Made by a program: the position numbers and the translations under genes | DNA from: Bacilli bacterium | GTDB taxonomy: Bacteria > Bacillota_I > Bacilli_A > RFN20 > CAG-826 | Reading direction: 5' to 3' | Assembly (NCBI GenBank): GCA_045597865.1 | Contig: JAZLKX010000025.1 | Span: forward strand, 224,001 to 288,000 | Length of the DNA stretch: 64,000 bases | Notes under the pieces: model-generated | The model's database searches: none | The model's input: only the letters and a program-made list of their open reading frames with translations | Told to the model about the DNA's origin: nothing | Part shown: one piece after another, positions 10,148 to 18,923 of the stretch | Layout of the letters: each line of letters starts with the position of its first letter | How positions within the stretch are numbered: position 1 is the first letter of the stretch

Positions 10148-11389
10148 TCCTTTTGGATAAAGATTTTTGAGTGTTCCATTAACTGAATGGACAACACCAA
10201 GGTTCATATCTAGATAGCTAACAAAGTAGTAGCCGTCTGGATATTTTTTATTTATAGATTCACCCCTTAAATACTTAATGGTTTCTTCTTTGCTTAATTG
10301 AATCGAATCTACTGAATTTTTAACATGGGAATAATGATGAGAAGGTATTTGTTTGTCGCCTATTTTTGAGCTAACAAAAACACCTGGTCTTAATGATAAA
10401 TCTATAAATTTTTCTGGTAATAAATGATTTATAAAAAATGTTTGAATTTCGTTTGTATTTCCCTTTGATTTTACTGTACGTTTTATTTCCATTTTTTCAA
10501 AAGAATTTTGTGTTAAATTTCCTGGTTTTTTTATAATGGCAATATAGTGTCCTTCTCCATCAAAATTTGAAGGGAATAGATGAATCGTTTCTGGATATTC
10601 TTTGCTTCTAAATTCACCAGGGATTTTTTCAATATATTGGAGTTTTGCAGTGGTTTTTTCAAGTAAATACCCGATTATTTCCTCATCTTCCTCGTGGGAA
10701 TAGGAGCAAGTGGAATAGACCATTGTTCCACCTTCTTTTAACAATGAATAACACATCAAAATGAGGTCTTTTTGAATAGCTGAATTTTTAAGAACTTTTT
10801 CATATGTCCAATCGAACTTCATTTCATCAGATTTTCTGAACATTCCAGAGCCTGAACATGGAGCATCTAAAATGATCTTATCAAAGTAGTTTTGGAAGCG
10901 ATCTGAATGAGCTGAAAAATCTAGAGAAGTGACAACAGTATTTGAAATGCCAAGACGTTCGATATTACTTAGCAAAACATTAGCTCTAGATTTAGATAAA
11001 TCATTAGCAATTATCATACCTTCATTTTCCATTTTTAAGGCTGTTTGAATTGTCTTTCCACCAGGTGCCGCACATAGATCTAAAACAATGTCGTTTTTAT
11101 TTGCATTAAGTAGATGTGCAACAAGCATTGCAGAAGGTTCTTGAATGTAATAAGCACCTTGTTCATGGTATATCTTTTTGCCTAATTGAATTTCATCTTT
11201 ATCGAACATAAATCCGTTTGGAACAACAGGATGATGTGTTAATGAAGGAAAAATACTTAATAAAGTTTTTTCGCTCATTTTATTTGTGTTAAGAAAAATA
11301 GCTTTCTTTTCTTTTTGTTCAAAAGATGAAATTAAATTATCAATTTCTGTATCAGATAGATACTTTTTTAAATGTGTTCTAAAGTCCAT
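10112..11389 (-). CDS. rsmF: 16S rRNA m5C methyltransferase, RsmF/NOL1-NOP2 family (start likely MDFRTH at 11389)
   Basis: YYIQEPSAM, DLCAAPGGKT, LDAPCSGSG and YSTCS motifs; C-terminal PUA-like region ending KNLYPKGLR. Confidence 0.88.
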   Translation of the reverse strand: MDFRTHLKKYLSDTEIDNLISSFEQKEKKAIFLNTNKMSEKTLLSIFPSLTHHPVVPNGFMFDKDEIQLGKKIYHEQGAYYIQEPSAMLVAHLLNANKNDIVLDLCAAPGGKTIQTALKMENEGMIIANDLSKSRANVLLSNIERLGISNTVVTSLDFSAHSDRFQNYFDKIILDAPCSGSGMFRKSDEMKFDWTYEKVLKNSAIQKDLILMCYSLLKEGGTMVYSTCSYSHEEDEEIIGYLLEKTTAKLQYIEKIPGEFRSKEYPETIHLFPSNFDGEGHYIAIIKKPGNLTQNSFEKMEIKRTVKSKGNTNEIQTFFINHLLPEKFIDLSLRPGVFVSSKIGDKQIPSHHYSHVKNSVDSIQLSKEETIKYLRGESINKKYPDGYYFVSYLDMNLGVVHSVNGTLKNLYPKGLRINADIKTSF

Positions 11390-11507
11390 ATTATTATAAT
11401 AATATATAAGAAATAAAAACACAAGTGTTTTTATTAATATTTGATATTTTGTTTTTCTAGGTTGTTAGTCTTGATTATGATATAATCTAGACTGAGGTTA
11501 TATTTTT

Positions 11508-12812
11508 ATGAGAATGGTAGATATTATTACTAAAAAACGCGATGGCGGTAAATTAAGTGATGAAGAAATCGAATTTGTTGTCAACGGTTATGTTGATGGC
11601 AAAATCCCAGATTATCAAGTTTCTTCATTATTAATGGCCATTGTATTTAAAGGTATGTCTAACGATGAAATCGTTACACTTACCGATAGAATGGAACACA
11701 GCGGAGACGTTATGGATCTTAGCTCAATTCCAGGATTTAAAGTTGACAAGCACTCTACAGGTGGTGTCGGAGACAAGACTTCATTAGCTCTTGGTCCAAT
11801 GGTTGCTGCTTGTGGCGCAGTTGTTGCAAAAATGTCAGGCCGTGGACTTGGCCATACAGGTGGAACACTCGATAAACTCGAATCAATTCCAGGTATGAAC
11901 GTTTTCTTAACACAAGATCAATTTATGGATCAATTAAGAAAGATTGGCGTAGCCATTGCTGGCCAAACTGGAAAACTTGTTCCAGCAGATAAGAAGATTT
12001 ATGCACTTCGTGACGTTACTGGTACAGTTGAATCAATTCCATTAATTGCTTCATCAGTTATGTCCAAAAAGTTAGCATCTGGTTCAGATTGTATCTTACT
12101 TGACGTTAAGTTCGGTAATGGTGCATTCATGAAGAACAGAGAATCTGCTTATGAACTTGCAACAATCATGTGCAATATTGGTAACTCACTTAATAGAGAT
12201 ACACGTGCAGTCTTAACTTCTATGGATCAACCTTTAGGTCTTGCCGTAGGCAACGCCCTTGAAGTTAAGGAAGCAATTGATACACTTCATGGTAAAGGAC
12301 CAAAGGATTTCCAAGATCTTTGTTATCAATCTGGTGCAATTATGCTTGAACAAGCAAAAGTTGTTAAGAGCCAAGAAGAAGGACTTGCTTTACTCCATAA
12401 AGTAGTTGAAGATGGTTCAGCATTTGAAAAATTCAGACAAATGATTATTGCTCAAGGTGGCGATATTTCTTATATCGATGATCCAAGCAAATTCCCATTA
12501 TCCAAAAATATCATTGAAGTAAAAGCTTCAAAACCAGGATACATTAAACAAATCGTTGCCCTTGAAATTGGCGAAAGCGCTATGCGCTTAGGTGCAGGAA
12601 GAGAAACCTTTGATGACGTTATTGATATGTCAGCAGGTATCGTTCTTTCTAAGAAAGTTGGCGACAAAGTTGCAAAAGGTGATGTACTTTGTACAGTTCA
12701 CACAAACAAAGACGATTATGCAGCTGTCTTAAAAGACATCGAAAAAGCATTCGTTATTGTTGATGGCTTTGTTGAATATCCTCCAACAGTTCACGATTAC
12801 ATTCACAAATAA
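11508..12812 (+). CDS. pdp: Pyrimidine-nucleoside phosphorylase
   Basis: DKHSTGGVGDK, KMSGRGLGHTGGTLDKLESIPG. Confidence 0.96.
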   Translation: MRMVDIITKKRDGGKLSDEEIEFVVNGYVDGKIPDYQVSSLLMAIVFKGMSNDEIVTLTDRMEHSGDVMDLSSIPGFKVDKHSTGGVGDKTSLALGPMVAACGAVVAKMSGRGLGHTGGTLDKLESIPGMNVFLTQDQFMDQLRKIGVAIAGQTGKLVPADKKIYALRDVTGTVESIPLIASSVMSKKLASGSDCILLDVKFGNGAFMKNRESAYELATIMCNIGNSLNRDTRAVLTSMDQPLGLAVGNALEVKEAIDTLHGKGPKDFQDLCYQSGAIMLEQAKVVKSQEEGLALLHKVVEDGSAFEKFRQMIIAQGGDISYIDDPSKFPLSKNIIEVKASKPGYIKQIVALEIGESAMRLGAGRETFDDVIDMSAGIVLSKKVGDKVAKGDVLCTVHTNKDDYAAVLKDIEKAFVIVDGFVEYPPTVHDYIHK

Positions 12813-13264
12813 TGAGAGTTGTTATTCAAAACGTAACTGAAGCCTCTTGTAGGATCAACAATAAAATCGTGGGAGAAATCTCCCGCGGTTTTTGCATTCT
12901 TGTTGGTTTTACACACGATGATACAAAAGAAATTGTTGAAAAAATGGTCAACAAAATCGTTTCGTTAAGAGTCTTCAACGATGAGAATGGCAAAACAAAT
13001 CTTTCTTTGAAAGATATTGATGGAAAAATACTCTCAATATCTCAATTTACACTTTATGCTTCAGTAAAAGATGGTCGTCGTCCAAGTTTTGTAAATGCGA
13101 TGAGACCAGAAGAAGCTACAAAGATGTATGATTACTTTAATGAATGTTTAAGAAACACAGGTTTCGAAGTTCAAACTGGTGTTTTTGGTGCAGACATGAA
13201 AATCTCATTAATAAATGATGGTCCATTTACCACAATTGTTGATTCCAAGGAGTTAGGACTATGA
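12812..13264 (+). CDS. dtd: D-aminoacyl-tRNA deacylase
   Basis: SQFTL, GRRPSF and NDGPFT motifs. Confidence 0.96.
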   Translation: MRVVIQNVTEASCRINNKIVGEISRGFCILVGFTHDDTKEIVEKMVNKIVSLRVFNDENGKTNLSLKDIDGKILSISQFTLYASVKDGRRPSFVNAMRPEEATKMYDYFNECLRNTGFEVQTGVFGADMKISLINDGPFTTIVDSKELGL

Positions 13265-14391
13265 AAGTAATGGTTGGTCTTAGCGGTGGTGTTGATTCCG
13301 CAGTTGCAGCATATTTACTTAAAAAGCAAGGCTATGATGTCGTTGCTTGTTTTATGCGTAACTGGGATGCCATGGCTAATGGCGATTACCTTGGAAATCC
13401 AACAGTAAATGATGACCAATGCCCTCAAGAAAAAGACTATCAAGATGCTCAAAAAGTTGCGGAAAAACTTGGTATACCACTCTTAAGAGTGGATTTCATA
13501 AAAGAGTACTGGGATCATGTCTTTTCTTTCTTTATTTCAGAGTATGAAAATGGAAGAACTCCAAACCCAGATATTTTATGTAACAAATACATTAAATTTG
13601 ATGCATTTTTGGAGTTTGCAAAGAAGAATAATTGCGACATCATTGCAATGGGACACTATGCAAAACGTGTTGAGAAAGATGGACATTTTTATTTGATGAA
13701 ATGTCATGATACAAACAAAGATCAAACTTACTTCCTCTCTCAAATTAATGAGGAACAAATTAAATCATGTTTATTCCCACTTGGAGACATTGATAAAACC
13801 GAAGTTAGAAAGATTGCTCATGAACTTGATTTAGAATCAGTTATGGATAAAAAAGATTCAACTGGAGTTTGTTTTATTGGTGAACGTAACTTTAGAGAAT
13901 TCTTAAAAAATTACATTCCAGCACAAAAAGGCAATATCATAGATATTGACACCGGTAAAATTATTGGAGAACATCGTGGAGTTTATTACTACACAATTGG
14001 TCAACACAAAGGCTTAGGCATTGGCGGAATTTCTGGTGAAACAGCAGCAGGATGGTTCATCGTTAAAAAAGACGCTAAGAAAAATGTTCTTTATGTTACA
14101 CGTGGAGATGCTCAAAAGTATTTGATGTCTAATAAATGTATCGTTAGAAAACTTAACTTTATAAATAAAGACGAAATCTTCCCTCAAGAAGTTGGAGTTA
14201 AGTTTAGATACCGTCAACCTGATCATCCAGCAGTCATTAACCTTGTGAATGATGAAATTGTCTGTGAATATGATTATTACAAAGCAGTTACACCAGGGCA
14301 AGAAGCTGTCTTTTATAATAAAGACGGCTTAATGATTGGCTCTGGCACAATTGATGAAGTCTATAGGGACAATGTTAGAATTGATAAGTAA
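13261..14391 (+). CDS. mnmA: tRNA 2-thiouridylase MnmA
   Basis: SGGVDS, TPNPDILCN, KDQTYFL, DSTGVCFIG, TPGQ. Confidence 0.96.
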   Translation: MKVMVGLSGGVDSAVAAYLLKKQGYDVVACFMRNWDAMANGDYLGNPTVNDDQCPQEKDYQDAQKVAEKLGIPLLRVDFIKEYWDHVFSFFISEYENGRTPNPDILCNKYIKFDAFLEFAKKNNCDIIAMGHYAKRVEKDGHFYLMKCHDTNKDQTYFLSQINEEQIKSCLFPLGDIDKTEVRKIAHELDLESVMDKKDSTGVCFIGERNFREFLKNYIPAQKGNIIDIDTGKIIGEHRGVYYYTIGQHKGLGIGGISGETAAGWFIVKKDAKKNVLYVTRGDAQKYLMSNKCIVRKLNFINKDEIFPQEVGVKFRYRQPDHPAVINLVNDEIVCEYDYYKAVTPGQEAVFYNKDGLMIGSGTIDEVYRDNVRIDK

Positions 14392-14446
14392 TTGTTCCTT
14401 TTAAGGATTAAATATATTAGAATATAACGGAACTAGGAGAAAAAAT

Positions 14447-15067
14447 ATGAAAAGAAAAGTTTGTTTTGGGGTTACTTTAATTTTTATTGCAATGTTTGGT
14501 TATTTATTTGGTAAGTTTTTACCAACTTTAATTCAATACATTAAAAACTTAGATATTGGTTCTTATCCTTTAGACGAGTTAATTTTAGTGAGCTATATTG
14601 CTGTTTCATTATGTTCTGCAATTGGATTACTTGTTTCACTTATAACATTAGGAATGTTACTTGCGAACAAAACCAAATTTTTGGATCAATACGGCAGTGT
14701 TTTATTTAACTCAATCGTTTTATGCTATACTCTTACAGAAATTATATCCGGAATATTTTATGCAGTTGAATATGACTTTACAGAAATTTTCAAAAGCGAA
14801 GCAATGATAAGAGTGTTTATTATGTTCGCATTAGGACTTGTTTTAACTTTTGCTGTAAGTGTCAGAAAACAATCAATTGTAAGAACAGGTGTTATTGCAG
14901 TTTCAATTTTAGGAATTTTGGTTATTAATGTTATTAATATGGTAAATATTGATTTCTCTTTTAATGCACTTAAATATTTTCCTGAAACTTCGCACATCTA
15001 TCTCTTTATTATTTTAGCTGGAATATTTGGTGGTGCAATGATGCTCTGGCCAAATGACGAGGAATAA
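14447..15067 (+). CDS. Hypothetical multi-pass membrane protein
   Basis: 206-aa ORF with an AGGAG RBS and about six hydrophobic segments; no recognised motif. Confidence 0.7.
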   Translation: MKRKVCFGVTLIFIAMFGYLFGKFLPTLIQYIKNLDIGSYPLDELILVSYIAVSLCSAIGLLVSLITLGMLLANKTKFLDQYGSVLFNSIVLCYTLTEIISGIFYAVEYDFTEIFKSEAMIRVFIMFALGLVLTFAVSVRKQSIVRTGVIAVSILGILVINVINMVNIDFSFNALKYFPETSHIYLFIILAGIFGGAMMLWPNDEE

Positions 15068-15081
15068 AATTAATAAAAAAG

Positions 15082-15118
15082 CAAAAGAAAAAAGAGACTT
15101 AAGTCTCTTTTCTTTTTG
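15082..15118. terminator. Bidirectional intrinsic terminator
   Basis: AAAGAGACTT/AAGTCTCTTT palindrome with flanking A and T runs, between convergent genes. Confidence 0.85.
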
Positions 15119-15123
15119 TTTGT

Positions 15124-16173
15124 TTACTCACCGGCTTCTTGGAACATTCTAAGCAAATCATCAACAGTGAGTTTTGCTTTTTCTTTTCCAGAGATATCGT
15201 GAAGTACGTGACCATGGTGGAACATAATAAGTCTGTCACCATAGGTGAGTGCATCTTTCATGTTATGAGTAATCATTAATGTTGTAAGTTTCTTGGTTCT
15301 TACGATTTTGTCAGTAAGTTCAAGAACTTTCTTTGCAGTCTTTGGATCAAGAGCTGCGGTGTGCTCATCAAGTAAAAGAATCTTTCTATCTCCATTGTAA
15401 TCATGAAGTTTATTTGATAAATCAACTAAAGCTGCAAGTTTTTCTTCTGGAGTAGAAGTTTTTGTTACTTTTCTAGTATGTTCAGCTTTAGCTTCATCAT
15501 AGAATTTACCAGCTTTTTCAGCACATTCTTTCTTCAAAGCTTTAAGCTTGTTTTTAATTTCTTTTTGTTTGGCTTTATCAGTTGTATTTCTGAGTTCAAT
15601 ATTAAGTGGACCAGATGCAACATCAAAGTTCATTTGAATGAATTCTCTTCTTGTGTCAATACGAGAATCATTTGCGGCCATTAACAAAGTTAATGCTTGT
15701 CTTTGTCCGCCGGACATACGACCAACTTTTTGATTTATTCTATCTTCAAGTCCCAAGTCAAATTGCTTAACTTGAGAGATAAAATAATCTTTAACGGTTT
15801 CGCTTGAGAATCCCCATCTAATTGGTGAGTGGTGTTTACCACGTCTATACGCAATTTCGAGGTTTTCAAGAACCGACATTTCTCCGGTGGTACCCATTCT
15901 TGGATCTTGGAAGACTCGACCGAAGTATTTAGCACGTCTAAATTCTTCCATATGAGAGATTGGCATACCAGAAAGTGAGATTTCACCTTCGGTTGGTTTA
16001 TAAGTACCAGCGATTAAGTTCATAGTGGTGGTTTTACCAGAACCATTTGAACCAATAATAGTAACGAATTCACCATCATTAATCTTTAGATTAACATGGT
16101 CTAATGCTACTTTTTTATCTCTTGAATCTCCAGAGAGATTAAAGATTTTGGTTAAATTTGTTAATTCAATCAT
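15124..16173 (-). CDS. ABC transporter ATP-binding protein (TrpXYZ-like aromatic amino-acid importer) with ~90-aa insertion
   Basis: GSNGSGKT, RVFQDP, MSGGQRQALTLLMA, LLLDEHTAALDP and MITH motifs. Confidence 0.9.
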   Translation of the reverse strand: MIELTNLTKIFNLSGDSRDKKVALDHVNLKINDGEFVTIIGSNGSGKTTTMNLIAGTYKPTEGEISLSGMPISHMEEFRRAKYFGRVFQDPRMGTTGEMSVLENLEIAYRRGKHHSPIRWGFSSETVKDYFISQVKQFDLGLEDRINQKVGRMSGGQRQALTLLMAANDSRIDTRREFIQMNFDVASGPLNIELRNTTDKAKQKEIKNKLKALKKECAEKAGKFYDEAKAEHTRKVTKTSTPEEKLAALVDLSNKLHDYNGDRKILLLDEHTAALDPKTAKKVLELTDKIVRTKKLTTLMITHNMKDALTYGDRLIMFHHGHVLHDISGKEKAKLTVDDLLRMFQEAGE

Positions 16174-17157
16174 TTATCTAGCCTCCCCAGGAATATCTTG
16201 TTTAATGCGGAACAACTTTTTAAATTCAGTTTTAATAAGTGGTAAACAAAGAGCAATTGTAATAAGTACTGCGTAGAGTAAGCTCTTAAGTTCAGTTGGT
16301 AAACCAAGTCTTGTTGCAACTGTAACAATTACAAAGTAAATAATTGAACCAAGTGCAACTGAAATAATCCAGTTTTTAAATGAACGTTTACCAAAGATTG
16401 CTTCACCAATAAGAATAGACGCAAGGCCTACAACTAAGTAGCCTGCTGCCGATACTGTTGAAACAGTCTTAACATCTTGAACGTAAAGTGAACCACCAAG
16501 TGCAATTAGTCCGTTTGCTATAGCAACACAGACAATAGTGGAGATATTTGCGTTAATTCCTTGTGAATTTGCCATGTTTTCATTTAATCCTGTAGCACGA
16601 ATAGCCATTCCGTATTCTGTGCCAAAGAAGAAATAAATGCCAAACATCACAACAAGAACAACTCCTAACATAATTGCAACTTTAATAATTTCTGCCCATG
16701 GAGCAATTGGCATCCATCTATTTGCAACATCATTGAATTGCCATGGATAACAAAGTGAGTAAATTGTTTGTTGTTCTCCACCTTTAACTATGTTAGTGAA
16801 TGAAATTGTTGATGCGAAAATGGAACCATTTCCAATTTTTGCTCCCATGATAAGCATTGCAATTGAAGCAGCTGCAGTCATGGTAATAATACCAGACAAC
16901 AATTTTGGTATTTTCAAATAGCGGTTTAAAACGCCTGTAATAATGCCACACAAACATCCACCAAGGAATGCTGCTAAAGTGGCAAGCCAAGGGTTTAAAC
17001 CATTAAAAATCATAACTGCAGAGATGGCTGCTCCAATAAGGAAACTGCCTTCAGCAGTTAAATCAGCAAAATCAAGGATTCTGTATGTAAGGAAAATACC
17101 AAGTGCTAATAAGACACATGGAAGTCCTGAAGATAAAATATTTAATATTATATCCAT
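16174..17157 (-). CDS. ABC transporter permease (BPD_transp_2-like)
   Basis: LDFADLTAEGSF, LLSGI, GMAIRATG and GLASILIGE motifs; highly hydrophobic. Confidence 0.9.
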   Translation of the reverse strand: MDIILNILSSGLPCVLLALGIFLTYRILDFADLTAEGSFLIGAAISAVMIFNGLNPWLATLAAFLGGCLCGIITGVLNRYLKIPKLLSGIITMTAAASIAMLIMGAKIGNGSIFASTISFTNIVKGGEQQTIYSLCYPWQFNDVANRWMPIAPWAEIIKVAIMLGVVLVVMFGIYFFFGTEYGMAIRATGLNENMANSQGINANISTIVCVAIANGLIALGGSLYVQDVKTVSTVSAAGYLVVGLASILIGEAIFGKRSFKNWIISVALGSIIYFVIVTVATRLGLPTELKSLLYAVLITIALCLPLIKTEFKKLFRIKQDIPGEAR

Positions 17158-17171
17158 TTACAAAAACCTAC

Positions 17172-18161
17172 TTATTTTGCGGAGATATCAGTGAAATTTT
17201 TAGTAATTGATTCTGGAAGAGTAATTCCTGAATCTGCTAAGTTAGCGGAAGAATAGACTCTTGAGCAAGTAGAAGCATCCATAAATTTAACTGGGAAATC
17301 AGATGGTTTCTTGCCATTTTTAATGATTTCAACAGCCATCTTACCAGCTTCTTTACCAAGTTGTTTGTAATCAACTGAAATGGTAATGTGGCCGCCATCT
17401 TGAAGCATGCCTTCTTCGCCACAGACAACTAAAACTCCTTTGGAGTTAGCTGCTTGTTTTACATCGTTCATGTGTGCTGCAATGTTATTGTCGGTTGGGA
17501 CATAAATTGCATCAACTTCTTCAGCAAGAGCTAAAGCAGCAGCATTAATATCTGATGGTCCAGAGACTGCTTTTTCTTTAACTGTAACGCCTCTTCCTTC
17601 AACGATAGATTTAACTTGATCCTTTTGAATTACTGAGTTTTCTTCACTTTGTGTGTATAGAACACCAAGTCTTGTTGCAGATGGAAGAATTTGATTGATA
17701 AGTAAAAGTTGTTCAGCAATTGGTTGAGCATCACTTGTACCACAGACAAATCCATTAGTGTTTTCAACACTAGAAACTAAGTTTGCAGAAACTGGATCTG
17801 TAACAGCAGAGAAGAAAACTGGATTTGTAAGTCCTTTTTCAATTGATGCTGACATAAGTTGCTTTGAAGCTCCTGTTCCAAGGCCAAAGGTCATGTCTTT
17901 TGTTGAGACTAAGTCTTTAGCCATTGCTGTTAAGTCTGCATCGTTTCCGCCTGCGTTCTTAATATCAAAGCTATAATCTACACCTTGAACTAAACCAGCT
18001 TCATCTAAAGCTTCTTTAAAACCATTTGCACAAGTTCTAAGTGCAGCGTGTTCAACTGGGAGTAAAACACCGATTTTGCATTTAGCGTTGTCGCCGCATG
18101 ATGCGAGACCTGCCGCAGCAGTTGCCAAAGCAAGTAATGAGATTAATTTTGATTTTTTCAT
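17172..18161 (-). CDS. ABC transporter substrate-binding lipoprotein (ABC_sub_bind/TrpX-like)
   Basis: Lipobox GLASC; EHAAL, SAVTDPV, GTSD and YVPTDN motifs; RBS GAAAGGAG before MKKSK at 18161. Confidence 0.9.
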   Translation of the reverse strand: MKKSKLISLLALATAAAGLASCGDNAKCKIGVLLPVEHAALRTCANGFKEALDEAGLVQGVDYSFDIKNAGGNDADLTAMAKDLVSTKDMTFGLGTGASKQLMSASIEKGLTNPVFFSAVTDPVSANLVSSVENTNGFVCGTSDAQPIAEQLLLINQILPSATRLGVLYTQSEENSVIQKDQVKSIVEGRGVTVKEKAVSGPSDINAAALALAEEVDAIYVPTDNNIAAHMNDVKQAANSKGVLVVCGEEGMLQDGGHITISVDYKQLGKEAGKMAVEIIKNGKKPSDFPVKFMDASTCSRVYSSANLADSGITLPESITKNFTDISAK

Positions 18162-18180
18162 AAAATTTAATACTCCTTTC

Positions 18181-18288
18181 AAAAATAAATCCCGGGAGTG
18201 AACACCGGGCTATCTTTGCTTGGTGTTCAACTTTCGTCTCCCACCAATTATTTTTACAGCAGGAAACAATTACCTATAGTAAAAATAA
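18181..18288 (-). promoter_or_regulatory. Putative attenuator with alternative hairpins
   Basis: 10-bp stem 18279-88/18248-57; UGAACACC/GGUGUUCA plus GGGAG/CUCCC antiterminator-like stem; competing CCCGG/CCGGG hairpin followed by AUUUAUUUUU. Confidence 0.65.
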
Positions 18289-18341
18289 CCAAAGTAAAAA
18301 GCATTGATATTATTGATTTTTGAAACACAATTTTTAATCAT
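18270..18341 (-). CDS. Putative Phe/Tyr attenuator leader peptide MIKNCVSKINNINAFYFGYFYYR (23 aa)
   Basis: Manual translation; SD-like AAGGTAGGAAG upstream; 7 of the 8 codons at positions 15-22 are Phe/Tyr; lies directly 5' of an aromatic amino-acid-type ABC operon. Confidence 0.75.
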   Translation of the reverse strand: MIKNCVSKINNINAFYFGYFYYR

Positions 18342-18427
18342 TTTGCTTCCTACCTTGCGTATATATTAACTTATTTAAAATAAAAGTGTTAGAAAAATTG
18401 AAAAATGTTCGATTGATTATTAGCCTT

Positions 18428-18485
18428 TACTAAATATTTAGTATTTGTTTAAAAAAGTGGTATAATAGTAAACTGTAGGGACTAT
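18428..18485 (+). promoter_or_regulatory. MarR-gene promoter (TG-G-TATAAT at 18458-18466) with candidate operators
   Basis: Perfect 16-bp palindrome TACTAAATATTTAGTA (18428-43) over the -35 position; ATAGT...ACTAT inverted repeat at 18465-85. Confidence 0.5.
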
Positions 18486-18490
18486 CTACT

Positions 18491-18922
18491 ATGGAAAAAG
18501 AGCTTAAAGAGATTAAAATTAACTGGTTCAAAGTCAGTAGTATTTATAATAAACTCGCTGATAGACATTTAGTGAACTTTTTCTCTATGCGTGTTTTCAA
18601 TTTAATTTATATTTTCGAAAATGAATGTACCCAAAAGAAGATCGTTGAATTTACTGGTGCTCCAAAGCAATCAGTTAACAATGTTGTTCAAGATTTTCTT
18701 TCTAAAGGTTACGTAAAATTAGTAGCTAATCCTAAGGATAAAAGATACAAAATTATCAAAGTTACCAAAAAAGGAAAAGAACTATATCAATCAACTCTTT
18801 TAAACATTGAAGATGCTGAATTGAAGGTTTTGTCCAATTTTAGTGATGAAGAAATAAAGTCATTTATTAGTTTTTCGTGGAAGTACAATGAATTGCTCGA
18901 GAAGGAAGTTGAGAAGATTTAA
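18491..18922 (+). CDS. MarR family transcriptional regulator
   Basis: CTQKKI...PKQSVNNVV helix-turn-helix and DKRYKIIKVTKKG wing. Confidence 0.9.
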   Translation: MEKELKEIKINWFKVSSIYNKLADRHLVNFFSMRVFNLIYIFENECTQKKIVEFTGAPKQSVNNVVQDFLSKGYVKLVANPKDKRYKIIKVTKKGKELYQSTLLNIEDAELKVLSNFSDEEIKSFISFSWKYNELLEKEVEKI

Positions 18923-18923
18923 T

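Noticed and set aside
15385-15672. ABC ATPase insertion as an intein or intron
   Set aside because: No Cys/Ser start with His-Asn end, no LAGLIDADG motif, and it stays in frame.
18225-18250. T-box in the ABC importer leader (UUGGUGGGAGACG)
   Set aside because: It lacks the UGGNACC bulge and T-box stems; the Phe/Tyr uORF explains the leader better.
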